Of a DNA stretch of 64,000 nucleotides, positions 1 to 11,912 are shown one piece after another. The first letter of the stretch is position 1. Each line of letters starts with the position of its first letter. Position numbers and translations under genes: made by a program. The notes below the pieces were generated by a model that saw only the letters and a list, made by a program, of their open reading frames with translations, had not been told where the DNA came from and searched no databases. This DNA comes from Podarcis cretensis (Eukaryota): positions 62,682,001 to 62,746,000 of the forward strand of contig OX638150.1 in assembly GCA_951804945.1 (NCBI GenBank), written 5' to 3'.

Positions 1-27
1 GATATACAGGAAGGTCACTAACAACAA

Positions 28-379
28 GGGACATGGGTGGCACTGTGAGTTAAACCACAGAGCCTAGGACTTGCCGATCAGGTTGGTGGTTCAAATCCCT
101 GCAATGGGGTGAGCTCCCATTGCTCGGTCCCTGCTCATGCCAACCTAGCAGTTTGAAAGCACGTCAAAGTGCAATTAAATAAATAGGTACCGCTCCGGCG
201 GGAAGGTAAACGGCGTTTCCGTGCGCTGCTCTGGTTCGACAGAAGTGGTTTAGTCATGCTGGCCACATGACCCGGAAGCTGTACGCCGGCTCCCTCAGCC
301 AATAAAGTGAGATGAGCGCCGCAACCCCAGAGTCGGTCACGATTGGACCTAATGGTCAGGGGTTCCTTTACCTTTACCT
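28..379 (+). mobile_element. Sauria SINE, full length
   Basis: tRNA-like head gggacatgggtggcactgtg...ggttcaaatccc, core ctagcagtttgaaagcac, (ACCTTT)n tail. Confidence 0.92.
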
Positions 380-535
380 ATACCTGTTAGGAAGCTATGG
401 CCCCTGTCTAAATCATTAGTGGGAAGTGCCCAGCTAATTTTTTAGAAACCAAAAAATACTGTGATTTTAAAATGGATAGTGCAATTTGTGAATTTGGATC
501 TGTTACGGCAAATATCAGGTGAAGAGAAATCAAAA

Positions 536-990
536 GTCACGTTTTGGTCCACCATCTTGATTCAAAATGGCACCTGGCACCCAAACATCAACAAAGAACC
601 CCACCCCAAGAACCCTATTGCTGAGCTTGATGATCGTATCTCAAGAGGTGGTTGAAACTGTCAAAAAATGGACAAAGCCACACCAAAGTGACATTTCAGT
701 CTGCCATCTTGTTTCAAAATGGCACCCAGTGTCCAAATGGCGATGAAGTCTGCTGCCCCACCTTTGGAACCCTTGTGCCAACTTTGTTGATGATATATTG
801 AAAGGCAGCCAAACCTATGCCAAAAAACAAAGTCACGCTCATGTCACGTTTTGGTTCACATGTTGATTCAAAATGGCAGCCCGCGTACAAACACTGATGA
901 ATGGCACCCCCACCCTGGAAACCCTGGTTCCAAATTTGGTGACTTCTCAAGAGATGACCAGATGTCAAGAGAACAAATGGACAAACCACT
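536..990. repeat. Three diverged ~153-bp tandem units
   Basis: Units begin gtcacgttttgg / gtgacatttcag / gtcacgttttgg and each carries tt(g)..tcaaaatggca and (g)aaccct. Confidence 0.7.
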
Positions 991-3102
991 TTCCCAAATA
1001 TATAGATGTGTTTGCAAACGTTTATGTCTCAGCATACAGCACAAGATTATGCATATGCCTCAAAAAGGCAGTATGTGAAGCAGCGCTGAGTGGTAATGAC
1101 CAATAAGCTTACCACTACAACAACAGTCAGATGGAGCCTGATGATACTGACCAATAGGCTTATCAACGCTCGATGAGATGCCCAAATTATTGATCAGCAT
1201 TATGAATATAAAGTGCTGTTCCACCATCTCAACCAATATGAAATATCACTGAGTAAGTCTACCAATCAGTGACGGTGGGAACAGTGACCAGCTCGTTTTA
1301 CATTTTCTCTAGCCTGTTGGTCCTGGATGCTTAAAAAAAAAAGTTCAGCCAGCTTTCACCAATATGCAGAGATTTACACCCCTCATATGTGTTCCTCTAC
1401 CCACTTGCTTCTGAAGTTCATCTTTCTTTATGCCTCCCGACACTGAAGCCATCACACAACACTATTCATTAACTGAGTCCTCATCCCTGTCATTTGGTTC
1501 ACTACTATGAAGTGGAATGACACTGAATTATAAGCCCATTAGCCCATGTGGAAAACCATCACTGATGACGTTGCTCCTAGAGAATTTAGCCAGAGTTCTC
1601 AGCCACTTTCCCCTTTGCTCAGCATCTGAGGCAGTCAAGTGCTGCCTAATCTGCTTTCCCTTAAGACTAGCATGGTATGATGCATCATTTTTCTCTGATA
1701 AAAGCAGAACATGCTGGATAGAATCCAGGGCACTTAGGCAGCTCACTCAGTGTGTAGCTCTGAGCAAACAGCACTGAACTGAGCTAAGAAGCAACCATTA
1801 AGCATACCATCTCATGAACCAAGTATATGAAGAAGGGTGGAACCATTAAACAAAATGGAACAGAAGACCAATAATTTATACACACCTACACCACCAGACA
1901 CATCCAGGATCGACAGGATGAACTGGCCACCTAACTTGTGCATTCACAGCCAAATCAACACACATGCCACACAAGCTATGGTGTACATTTTCCTCCTCTA
2001 CAGGGAGATTATCTCAGGTAAGAAAATCATTAATGGCAAACACAATAAATCACTTTACACCAGCTCAGACTATCTGTCCCTCTAGCCCCTGTTTTACTTT
2101 AATAATGCTAGCATCTCTTGATGATTTTTGGTAGGCATCGTGCTTTGGGGGAAGCTGCTTCCATTTCCCCCAGAACTACCTGATGGCCAAACAGAGGCAT
2201 CTCTGTTAGTTGTGTGCAAAAGGGGTCAGATGTAGTTAGGCATCTGCTTATCTTCATTGCCTATGATAGGTAAATATTTTGATATAAGTCTATCTCTTAA
2301 CAGAAGAAAGGAGGACAGCTAGGGTATGCTACTGCTGACTCCCTCTATTGGACTTGCACATGCCCTTACATGGCATAGTCACATGAAGAGTGAAACTTTA
2401 TACGTCAAGACATGAAGAGGTATATTAAACTAACAGTGAGGCAGGGCACCTCGGGAAAACCTTCAGCATGCAAACATCTGCTCTATCACTAAGTCATGAT
2501 CTCAACTTCCCTTAGTCAGAGTTCCCAACCACTTTCTTCCTCATTCTCACATCTGAGGCAGTCAGTGCTGCCTCATCCATTTTCCCTTAGACTAATATAA
2601 AACTCTTTTTCATCTCAATATTGAGAATATAGGTCATATCTGACTGAATAAGCAGATAATTTCCCAAATCTTTTGGATAAAATTAAAAAATGCACCCAGT
2701 GTCCTTTCCACTGTGGGTCACTGGCCACAACTCTAAGCCATTTTCCCTTTCCATCAAATGGAAATGAAACAGATGGCTTAGCCTTATGTCCAAACAAACT
2801 ACAAGTACTGGTTCAGAAGTAATACTAAACCATCTACTTTGTGGTTTGATTTCCTGTCGCTAAAGGTAGGAGTTTAGTGGAAGAGCTCAAGTTGAATGCA
2901 AAAACTAATTTGCTTAACTATGGGCTATGGTTTAGTAATGCACCTAAACATGGCCACTGTAAGCAAATGAAGCACCAGGGTTCAAGCATCTAGTTTTAGA
3001 AAGAGGGGCTATCTGAAGAGACCACATGTCAAAACATATTTGAAATTTGCCATGACCATGATGCAATAATAGCAGGGGCTTTTCAATGCTCATTTCTCAT
3101 AC

Positions 3103-3315
3103 CTCGTGTGCATTGTCACCACAGCTCTTCTTCCGTCCTCCTCCATTGTTACACGATTGCTTGGACGGAGTTTTCTGCAGAAAGTCAGAGATTCTCTGCA
3201 CCAGGAAATCACGGTCTTTCAGGTTAGCAAAAAGGAAGGTCATTTTGCTTTTGGTACTGATGGACAGTGGGCTAGGTAATACACTGGAACTGTCAGCTTT
3301 TTCAACAATTGTGAC
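3103..3315 (-). CDS. TBC1D9B: TBC1D9B coding exon 7 (213 nt)
   Basis: VTIVEKADSSSVLPSPLSISTKSKMTFLFANLKDRDFLVQRISDFLQKTPSKQSCNNGGGRKKSCGDNAHE; ctag acceptor, GAG|gtatga donor (3' end is in a poorly conserved stretch). Confidence 0.92.
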
Positions 3316-3968
3316 CTAGAGAATATACATGGGGATCATTTGGGTGTATCAGGCTCCTTTGTATTAACATAACTTCTAAATTTAACTTTTAATAGATTAT
3401 TCACAACTATGTCAGTTATCTTACTAGCAACTCCATAATTGACACATATGGAGGTGAATGCTGTCAAGATATTCCTGAAGACACTGAGTTTTTTTTCTGT
3501 ACAGGTAGATGCCACAGTGCATGTGAAACATAGAAAACTGAAATGCTGCAAGAAGTGTGATAAAGAAAGGCTATTCTACTTAAGTTCTACATTTCTGAAA
3601 CACCTGCTTTATTTCAGACGGTTCTCACGCTAAACCAGATAATGGTTTGGTTCTTTGACTCTAGAAGCTGCTCTGACAAAAGTGGAGAGGGAGCCCTTGG
3701 ACTCTTGTTGACTCTGTTGTGTATATAAAACTGCTTCTTCAAACAGTGGCCACAGAATTCCTATCAGCTCCCAACTCAAAATATAGCCGCAACTGAAAAA
3801 TATAACTGGATCTTGTCGCCATCAGCCTAGAAAATTATTTAACCAACAGGCCAATCTACTAACACTCAAAAACAAACCTTCAAATATTTCCTGAAAAAAT
3901 TGAATAAGCATGTAACTAAGTAACAATGAGATACTAAGACAATTCATCCTTAAGAAACAGTGTCTCAC

Positions 3969-4176
3969 CTCCCTGAGTGGTATTATGAGATGGCAAGCCT
4001 CCTCTGCCTTGCTAGCAAAACAAATATAGTTGTTGGAAACAAACATCTGTCCAGGAATGTGAATTTTGTTGAATGGGGTCCACAAAGTACAATCTGTATG
4101 CCCATCAAGACGTTCATCCTTAGGAAGTCGAAATGAAGCACGGTACCATTCATTTTTGGCTCGAGCATCCAAATCT
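3969..4176 (-). CDS. TBC1D9B: TBC1D9B coding exon 6 (208 nt), GRAM domain 2
   Basis: DLDARAKNEWYRASFRLPKDERLDGHTDCTLWTPFNKIHIPGQMFVSNNYICFASKAEEACHLIIPLRE; ttcag/gtgaga. Confidence 0.96.
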
Positions 4177-5264
4177 CTGAAGAAAAATGATAATACACAC
4201 CAGATACTAAGTGGGAAAATAATACATTCCACTATCCAACCATTACAGGAAATGCCCCTTTTCAATGCAGCTTACTCAAGATTCTATTTCCATCCAACAC
4301 AAAGTTAGGCCTGAGTAATGAGAGGCAAAAATTCCTAGTGATGATAAATACTTTTCATCCCCATAATCATTTGGTTGCCCTTTTCTTAACCTTTTCCAGC
4401 TCTATATCTTTTGTGGGGAGAAGAACCAGTGCATTGCTGTACAACACCCTGACATTTTATGAGATGGTGGTTTACAACTACTTCTATACATAAATTAATA
4501 CATAAATTGTGAAAAAATGCAGGTGATGACAAAAATAATGCTCAAATAAAAGGAAAATACATTTTGTCAACTTCAGTGTCAAAGATGGTGGATCTAGTCC
4601 AACAAAAGTTCAGTACCTACAAAGGATCCCCATAGAGTATAATAGAACCTTTTTCTCCCCTACTTCTGTGTACATACAGACACTCAGCACCCCAGACTGC
4701 TATAGAGAATGGGAGGTCTATTCATGCCTCTAACATCCCATCCAGCCCTCCCAGCACTACCTGAACAGAGGAATGGATGGGGAGATGCACAAAAACACCC
4801 ATTTCCCATAATGGCCTGGTCTACCGAGATCATACTAGAGTGGTTGAGATGAGGAGGAACACAGCCCTATGATGGATTAGTGCAAGCCCATAGTATACAA
4901 TCAGAAAACTAATATCCTTCCATTGGAATGACACCAAGAGAACAACTTCACAAATATTAATTTTTCTACAGTCCATTTTCCATGTCCAGTACAACTTCCA
5001 AGTTAAAGGTTCCTGAATCACTTAGTAGGTTCAAGAAATGTAAATAGGATCCATGGGAAGGGGCTGAGAGCTGTCCAATATAAAACCTAAATGCTGATTT
5101 CTGGAAAACTTAATCCACATTTATGTTTCTGTGATTTCCAGACACAATGATACAATCCAGTCCAGAAACATATTTAACTATTCTTAAAATGATTCCTTGT
5201 GCCAAGGTGTGTGTGAGTGTAGCAAGAGAGGGAGGGAGATGGACAGACAGACAGACAGACATAC

Positions 5265-5523
5265 CTTTTGAGTGCTGAAATATTTTTGAGAGGCTTGCTG
5301 GGCTTAGGAAGCAACATGTCCTCCACATACCCTTTATTATCAAATAGTTGCCGCATGGCAATGTTAGCCAGCTGTTCCATTAACTTGAAGGTCTCGTTGA
5401 TGTTGAGGAACATAGAGAAGTAGAGCTCACTGTCCCTGGTACTCACTTTGATGCATTCAGGGAATAGAAGGGTGGCATTCTTCTCCAGCTGGGTTACATC
5501 TACCCACTGGACTATTAAGGTCA
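5265..5523 (-). CDS. TBC1D9B: TBC1D9B coding exon 5 (259 nt)
   Basis: VTLIVQWVDVTQLEKNATLLFPE...KNISALKR; ctag acceptor, gtatgt donor. Confidence 0.96.
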
Positions 5524-5778
5524 CTAGGGAAACATGCAAACGCAAAGCAACAATTACTATCAGATTTCTAACAGACATTTTAAACAAATTAGAACACAAC
5601 AGATTTGAAGCCTATCTGTTTTTCTTTTTTTAATTATAGCTTGACTCAGTGAAGTACTTAAGCAGAAAGAAAACAGATTGGGAAGGAAGCCCTGCAAAAT
5701 ATTTTTAAAATGTTGTTCAAATAATATTTGGGGGCTGCAGCATGGATGTAGAGCTGCTGATTGCTTAAATATCCCTAA

Positions 5779-5812
<34 letters not shown>
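5779..5812. repeat. (AAC)n microsatellite
   Basis: About 11 perfect units. Confidence 0.95.
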
Positions 5813-5813
<1 letters not shown>

Positions 5814-5977
5814 GGAGTGCAACCTCCCCTCCCTTCTGGAGTACCAATTTCTTCCACTGCCCCAACTGGGCCTCACTATTAAGACAATATGGATGTACAA
5901 CCAGATATGAAACCACCTTTAAAAAGTGCAGTTAGAAGTGCTGGACAAAAAAAAACATTAAGCAGCTGACCACTTAC

Positions 5978-6206
5978 CTTCTTTGCCTAAAAGGAAAGAA
6001 TAGAAACAAAGGTGATTAACAGTCAGATACAGCCAGCCTTGCCTAGGGACACGTCCTTTCCAATAGCTGCAGGAATAGTAATTCACTAGTTTCTCTACTT
6101 CAGGCATTCCGAACTGTTTACGCATCTTCATTTCAGCTTCTTTAAATTTACCAGGATCTTCTTCCCCCTGAGGCTGTTGATTCTTATTTTCTTCAGCAAT
6201 AATGCC
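5978..6206 (-). CDS. TBC1D9B: TBC1D9B coding exon 4 (229 nt), start of GRAM domain 1
   Basis: [76 protein letters not shown]; gcag acceptor, gtaagt donor. Confidence 0.96.
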
Positions 6207-6428
6207 CTGCAGGAATGAGTAGCAAAAGTAGCAGATGAAAATATAATGGCCTCTAAAATTCTTTGTTGCATTATTTATTTGCTATGCATAGCTGACAAGT
6301 GTACCACTTGAGGTTATGCTTCTGGGTGGATATAATACAATTTCCAAACACTCAAAGTTCAATGTCTGTCGTTGGGCGGCATTTGTAGGGCCAGGGGTTC
6401 CTCGCGCCTGATCGAAAGAATGAAAATA

Positions 6429-6751
6429 CAGTGGTGCCTCGCAAGACGAAATTAATCCGTTCCGCGAGTCTCTTCGTCTTGCGGTTTTTTCGTCTTGCGA
6501 AGCACGGCTATTAGCGGCTTAGCGGCTATTAGCGGCTTAGCGGCTATTAACGGCTTAGTGGCTTAGCGGCTATTAACGGCTTAGCAGCTTTAAGAAAAAG
6601 GAAACAAACTCGCAAGAACTCGCAAGACGTTTCGTCTTGCGAAGCAAGCCCATAGGGAAATTCGTCTTGCGGAACGACTCAAAAAACGGAAAACTCTTTG
6701 GTCTTGCGCGTTTTTCGTCTTGCGAGGCATTCGTCTTGCGAGGTACCACTG
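6429..6751. mobile_element. Tc1/mariner (Tigger/pogo-like) MITE
   Basis: TIRs cagtggtgcctcgcaagacgaa / ttcgtcttgcgaggtaccactg, TA target duplication, internal (TTAGCGGC)-type array. Confidence 0.9.
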
Positions 6752-7614
6752 TATATATATATATCTGCACTGTACTCTGAAATATGTGATAGCTCATCCA
6801 CAACTACGCTTGTTGAGTGCTTGTGCCAATGCACATGTGCATACTGAATACTGCCAGTAACATTTGTGACAAGGCCTCCAATGTTGTGTGAACTTCCTTC
6901 ATAAGTTGTTTATGTTTATTTGTTTTACGCTGACTGCATGCAAAGTTTTAAATCAGGGCTGGCTGAAAGCATGGTGCTCTTTGAGACACTGCCTCTTCCA
7001 CCAGCACGTTGAGCCCCATTGCTGCCAAAGGCTCCCCATGTGTGACCTAGCGAGTGCCTGTGCCGTCATTGTGCAAAAGCTTCTCAAGAATTTCAGTGCA
7101 GTAAAGTTTAACACTTTTAAAGTAGCACCCTCTGGGGCCGCAATGGTGAGAAAGGGCTCACCATGTCTAATGAGAGCACTGGTTTAAGCCTCAAGTGCCA
7201 AACCTACTGTAAAGAAATCATGCAGGCAGTGAAGGCGTACAACTGCAATGGAAGGCAGAAAAAATACTTCCAGATGGAAAGTAGCAACAGCGTATATATC
7301 CTTGCCGAAGCAAGGACAGATGAAAATATATGGAAGTCTGTTCAAACTGAACCTTGGCTCAAGCACAATCATAGTGTTGATCTTTAACTATATGGTAGAA
7401 TGTTAAACTAGCCAGCCTATTTTATTGTTCCAGGTGAAATGAAAACACTCTAGATGGGCGGCTCTTTAGCTCTTTCGTCCCTTCCTCATAGCATATGGCA
7501 AATATTTATCCTACATCCAACTTTATGTAACAATTCACAGCCTGCAGTTCTTATGGATTGCCATTCTGTTGCTAAAAAACTGGAAAAGTTCCATGACAAA
7601 TAGGTGCCACTTAC

Positions 7615-7733
7615 ATGTATCTTGCCCTTGACAAAGGTAGTGATATCTTCTTCATTGTCAAAGATAGAAAGTGTCTGAAGCAGGTTATTTTCTAGCCATT
7701 CCCAGTGTTTTGTTATTTCCTTACGCGATGAAC
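7615..7733 (-). CDS. TBC1D9B: TBC1D9B coding exon 3 (119 nt)
   Basis: GSSRKEITKHWEWLENNLLQTLSIFDNEEDITTFVKGKIH; AG/GTAAGT boundaries. Confidence 0.96.
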
Positions 7734-7814
7734 CTAAGGAGAAATTCAGAAACAATCAGATAACAGCTACTATAAGGAGCAGGTCAATAGTTTTGGGGTT
7801 CTCTTGGATCCACT

Positions 7815-8375
7815 ACTATCACTGGGGGCAGAAGTGGCTCCAGTAGCATGGAGTGCCTTCTACCAGCTTTTGGCTTGGCAGTCTAGCTATGTTCCTTCCA
7901 TGGAAAGGGATAATCCAGTGTCAGTAATCTGTAATCTAGAAACCTCTAGATTAGATTACTGCAATGTGGTGTATGTGGGGGTGCCTCTGACGATTGTTAG
8001 GAAACTGCAGCTGGTGCATAATGCAGCAGCGAGGCTGCTGGTGGACATGTAGCTATCTCACCACATCACCAGTTCTGGCAAAATGACAGTGGCTATGTAT
8101 ATTTTCTGAAGCTCAATTCAAAGTGCTGGTTTTAACATACAAAGCCATATACAGGTCAAGACTCCAATATCTAACGGAACACATCTCCTGATTGGAACAT
8201 GCATACTGCATCCGAGGCTTTTCTCCAGGTGCTCTCTATGAGAAAGGTTCAGTGAGCATTGCAATTACCCTCCCTCCAATTTATTGAATACTCTCTTCTG
8301 TAAAGCCTGCCTGGCACCAGCATCAATATCCTTTTAGCACCAGGATCAGATGTACTCTTCTCCCAGGTTTTTTGA
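7815..8375 (+). mobile_element. Degenerate L2-clade LINE ORF2 3' fragment
   Basis: Peptide TSRLDYCNVVYVGVPLTIVRKLQLVHNAAARLL is the typical L2 post-RT motif. Confidence 0.8.
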
Positions 8376-8897
8376 AGGATTATGGTAATCATGCTTCCTG
8401 CTGTTTCTCTATCTGTATTTTTGGGGTGGGGTGGGAGGTGTTGTTCTTTTATGGTTTAACTGTAACTTCGCCACTTAAAAGCAAACTTTAACCTTCTATT
8501 CCTTATATTAAATACTTTCTACTACTGGTTAAATTAGATAGCCAGTATTTACTTAATATACCTCTGCTAGCTCCCCGCCAGCCCACCCTCTACTTCACAC
8601 AAATTTGCTTGCTATCAGCCAATTGGTTTTGAACAGATCTTGGACAATCAGGGGTTTTTTCTACTCCACCTGATACAATTATAGAATATTGGATTAAAAC
8701 TTTGAGTAAAATGGCCATAATCCAGATGTGCAACCATGGGCCACATGTACACCCAGATTTTTCTAAAATTTTCAGAATGTGCCTCTGAAGAACACTTGAA
8801 CTGCTCAAAAACCCTTCTGAGGATATTGTAGCTGGCTGTGGGGGACAGCAATCATACACTGGCAGAATTTATTTGTTATAGAATGGTATTTACTCAC

Positions 8898-9008
8898 CAC
8901 ATGCCACTGCCCAATAGATTTGAGAATCCTGTGTCTGATGTAAAATTCTGTAAGGAGCAACCCTAGCGCTTGAGTCCAAAACCACATCCAAGGTTCCCAC
9001 AAGCAGCC
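8898..9008 (-). CDS. TBC1D9B: TBC1D9B coding exon 2 (111 nt)
   Basis: [37 protein letters not shown]; acceptor cttag, donor gtgagt; not in the ORF track. Confidence 0.95.
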
Positions 9009-9139
9009 CTAAGAAGACCAAGATGCAGAGAGAAACATAATGAATATTATCTGAGCAAATGAGAGAGTTAAATAAATGGTGGGATGATTTAAAATAAAGT
9101 GTTTATTGATACAAAAGTTTATAAAGGATGTGAGATCCC

Positions 9140-9495
9140 AAGAAGGGTCTACTGAATCAGACAAAAGGCCCATCTAGTCCAACATTCTTCTTAAGAGTGC
9201 CTAAGCAGATGCCCAAGGGAAGCCCGCAAACAGGACCTAAGCACTACAGCAGTGATCCCACCTGCCATGAACGGCAGCTGGTATTCAGGGCATACTGCCT
9301 CTAACAGTTTCACTGGATGTCTCTGAATTCCAGTATTATGAGGGAGAAATAAAAAACTCTGTGTTCACCTTCTCCACACCAGGCATAATTTTATACACCC
9401 CTATCATGCTGCCTTTTCTCTGAACCCAAGTCCCAAATGTTGTAACCTTTCCTCTTAGGGGAGTTGTTCCATCATCCCCATGGTCATCTTAGGTT
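9140..9495 (-). mobile_element. Old CR1-like LINE fragment
   Basis: cagacaaaaggcccatctagtccaaca... and cttctccacaccaggcataattttatacacccctatcatg resemble reptile CR1 3' regions; boundaries approximate. Confidence 0.55.
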
Positions 9496-11453
9496 GTTTA
9501 AGTCACCCCACTTTTTTAAAAAACACACACAGATAAAGCAACTGTCTGAAATGCTTGGTTCAGACACAATGCTAAACCATGCCCCTTGTGCATGGGGAAA
9601 TTCCACTTTCTTTTTGGGGTTGTGACAAATCATAGTTTCCTAGTTGTCCAAACTATGGTTTGTGCTTTCCCTTCAAACCAAAATTGGGAATAACAAAGCT
9701 CAATCCATAGTTTCCAATCCTGATCTGAACGGCAAGCACAAACCACACTTTGCACATTAAGGAGAGACTGAGGTTTCACAAACATTTGAAAAGCAGAGTC
9801 ACTAAAACAATGCATTCTTAACAGGGAAAGGAACACTGAGGCACAACAGCTGAAGGAGAACTGAAATTTATACAGCATGAAAACTGGGTTTAATGCAGTG
9901 TTAGAATAGCGTACTTGAAGCTTCTTCGCAAATGCCTTCAGAATGCTGTAAGTGGTAATGTTATTTACTATTTTACACAGTGTTAGGCCTGTTGCACATT
10001 TTCTGAGTGGAGAAAGACTAGAAAGAATTATGTGATGGTGACTGGGTGCAGAATTATACTGACAGTATATCATTGCCAATGAAATATTGAAGGAAGTTAA
10101 GCTAATGCATTAGCTTTCCAATTGGCACTGTGTACCTGAAAAGAAGTTGTAGTCTCCAAGAGCAGCTGAGAATGTCCTCTTAAATATACTTTGTATATAC
10201 CACGTCCAAACAACAGAGACGTGCATGTAGGGAGGCACTCTCAGTGATGCATCCCTTTAGAACTAGAACTCTCTTCCTTTAGGGATTTACTAATTTCATA
10301 TCCTGAGTTATCTTCCATAAATGATGCAGGGTATTCCTATTTGTGTCATTTAGTTGTGGGGAGGGGCAAGACAACAAATAACTGCTTGTTTTTCCAAGAT
10401 GATAAAACTAAGTTTTTACAAAGTATACAAGATCTGTACATTTAATCTATGATTTTTTTATACAATTAAGATTTGTTGAGGATCATTATAAGTTATTTTC
10501 AATATGGTAAATTATAAATTTATTAATTTATAAAGATGCTCAGGCCACCCCAAAAGTTTAAACTTGACACAAACTATCTAAAAAATTTGAGTAGTTTGCA
10601 TTTCAAGGCCATTTCTGTTCCAATTTTCTCTTTCAGTCTCTCTCACACACCTACCCAAATGATACCATGCATCTGGTTAAGTACACAAAAGCTTATGCCA
10701 CAAGAAATCACATACAGATGCAACAATAGACTTTTATGTTTTTACTGGAACATGACAACCTTATACGTGTATTTCAAAATGTTCACAGTATTGCTGGACC
10801 ACCCACAAAGCTGAAATCTGGTGCATGTGTAGCCCAAGATACAATTCTTCCTAGATAGCATGTCCAAACTCTGGACATGATGTTTACTTCATAATAGAGG
10901 CCATTCTCTGTGCATTCCAGCACAGAGCAAGCCAAGGTATACCTGTGGCAGAATGGTGGGCTACAGGAGTTCTGTTGTGTTGTCCAGCTTGGGGAGGGGC
11001 AACTTTCAGTAACAGCCAAGATTATGTACATAAACTTACAGAGTGCAAGTTTCATTTGCTTGTAAAATAAACAAAGAATGCCAATGCATAAACCAGTGAT
11101 TTAAGTTTGGCAACAAATACAAGCCTGGCTGTGATAAACTCCCCTTAGGACTTCCTAAGTAGGGCAGTCCCTGCCGCAAGCTCCAAGCACAAGCTCCTGA
11201 AGAGCAGGGTGTTGTTGTTTTTAATGTGTTTGAAATTTTACAAAGAAAAAGAAAATGTTATCAAAGTCCCTTTACACTGTAGATGCTGACTGCATACGGA
11301 ATACTCTCCAATTTCTTAACTATGGTTAAGAGATTCAAGGCATTCCACAAGCTTGCTTGCTTGCTTTCTTTCTTTCTTTCTTTCCAGAATATATTAAAAT
11401 TTTAACAAAATGACGTGGACACTGGGGAGGGAAGACTTTTGTTGTTCATTACC

Positions 11454-11495
<42 letters not shown>

Positions 11496-11503
11496 TATTA
11501 TTA
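11454..11503. repeat. (TAT)n microsatellite at an L2-like tail
   Basis: Direct reading. Confidence 0.9.
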
Positions 11504-11551
11504 TACCTCCCTATGGCCGTAGATCTCAGGGCGGTTCACAGCACATTATCA

Positions 11552-11912
11552 GGGACGCGGGTGGAGCTGTGGTCTAAATCACAGAGCCTAGGGCTTGCCA
11601 ATCGGAAGGTCAGCAGTTTGAATCCCCATGACGGGGTGAGCTCCCGGTGTTTGGTCCCAGCTCTTGCCCACCTAGCAGTTCGAAAGCATGCAGTGCAAGT
11701 AGATAAATAGGTACTGCTCCAGTGGAAAGGTAAATGGCGTTTCCGTATGCTGCTCTGGTTCGCCAGAAGCGGCTTAGTCATGCTGGCCGCATGACCTGGA
11801 AGCTGTCTGCGGACAAACACAGGCTCCCTTGGCCTATAGAGCGAGATGAACGCACAACCCCAGAGTCATCCGCAACTGGACCTAATGGTCAGGGGTACCT
11901 TTACCTTTACCT
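11552..11912 (+). mobile_element. Sauria SINE, full length, with 37-bp flanking duplication
   Basis: Same head/core/(ACCTTT)n tail; 11512-11548 duplicated at 11913-11949. Confidence 0.93.

Noticed and set aside
1-3102. TBC1D9B exon 8
   Set aside because: No segment encoding the expected ...QGLLKLF... peptide found; presumably left of the window
6500-6590. CRISPR-like or telomeric repeat array
   Set aside because: Short tandem units without unique spacers, inside a MITE; eukaryotic locus; not TTAGGG
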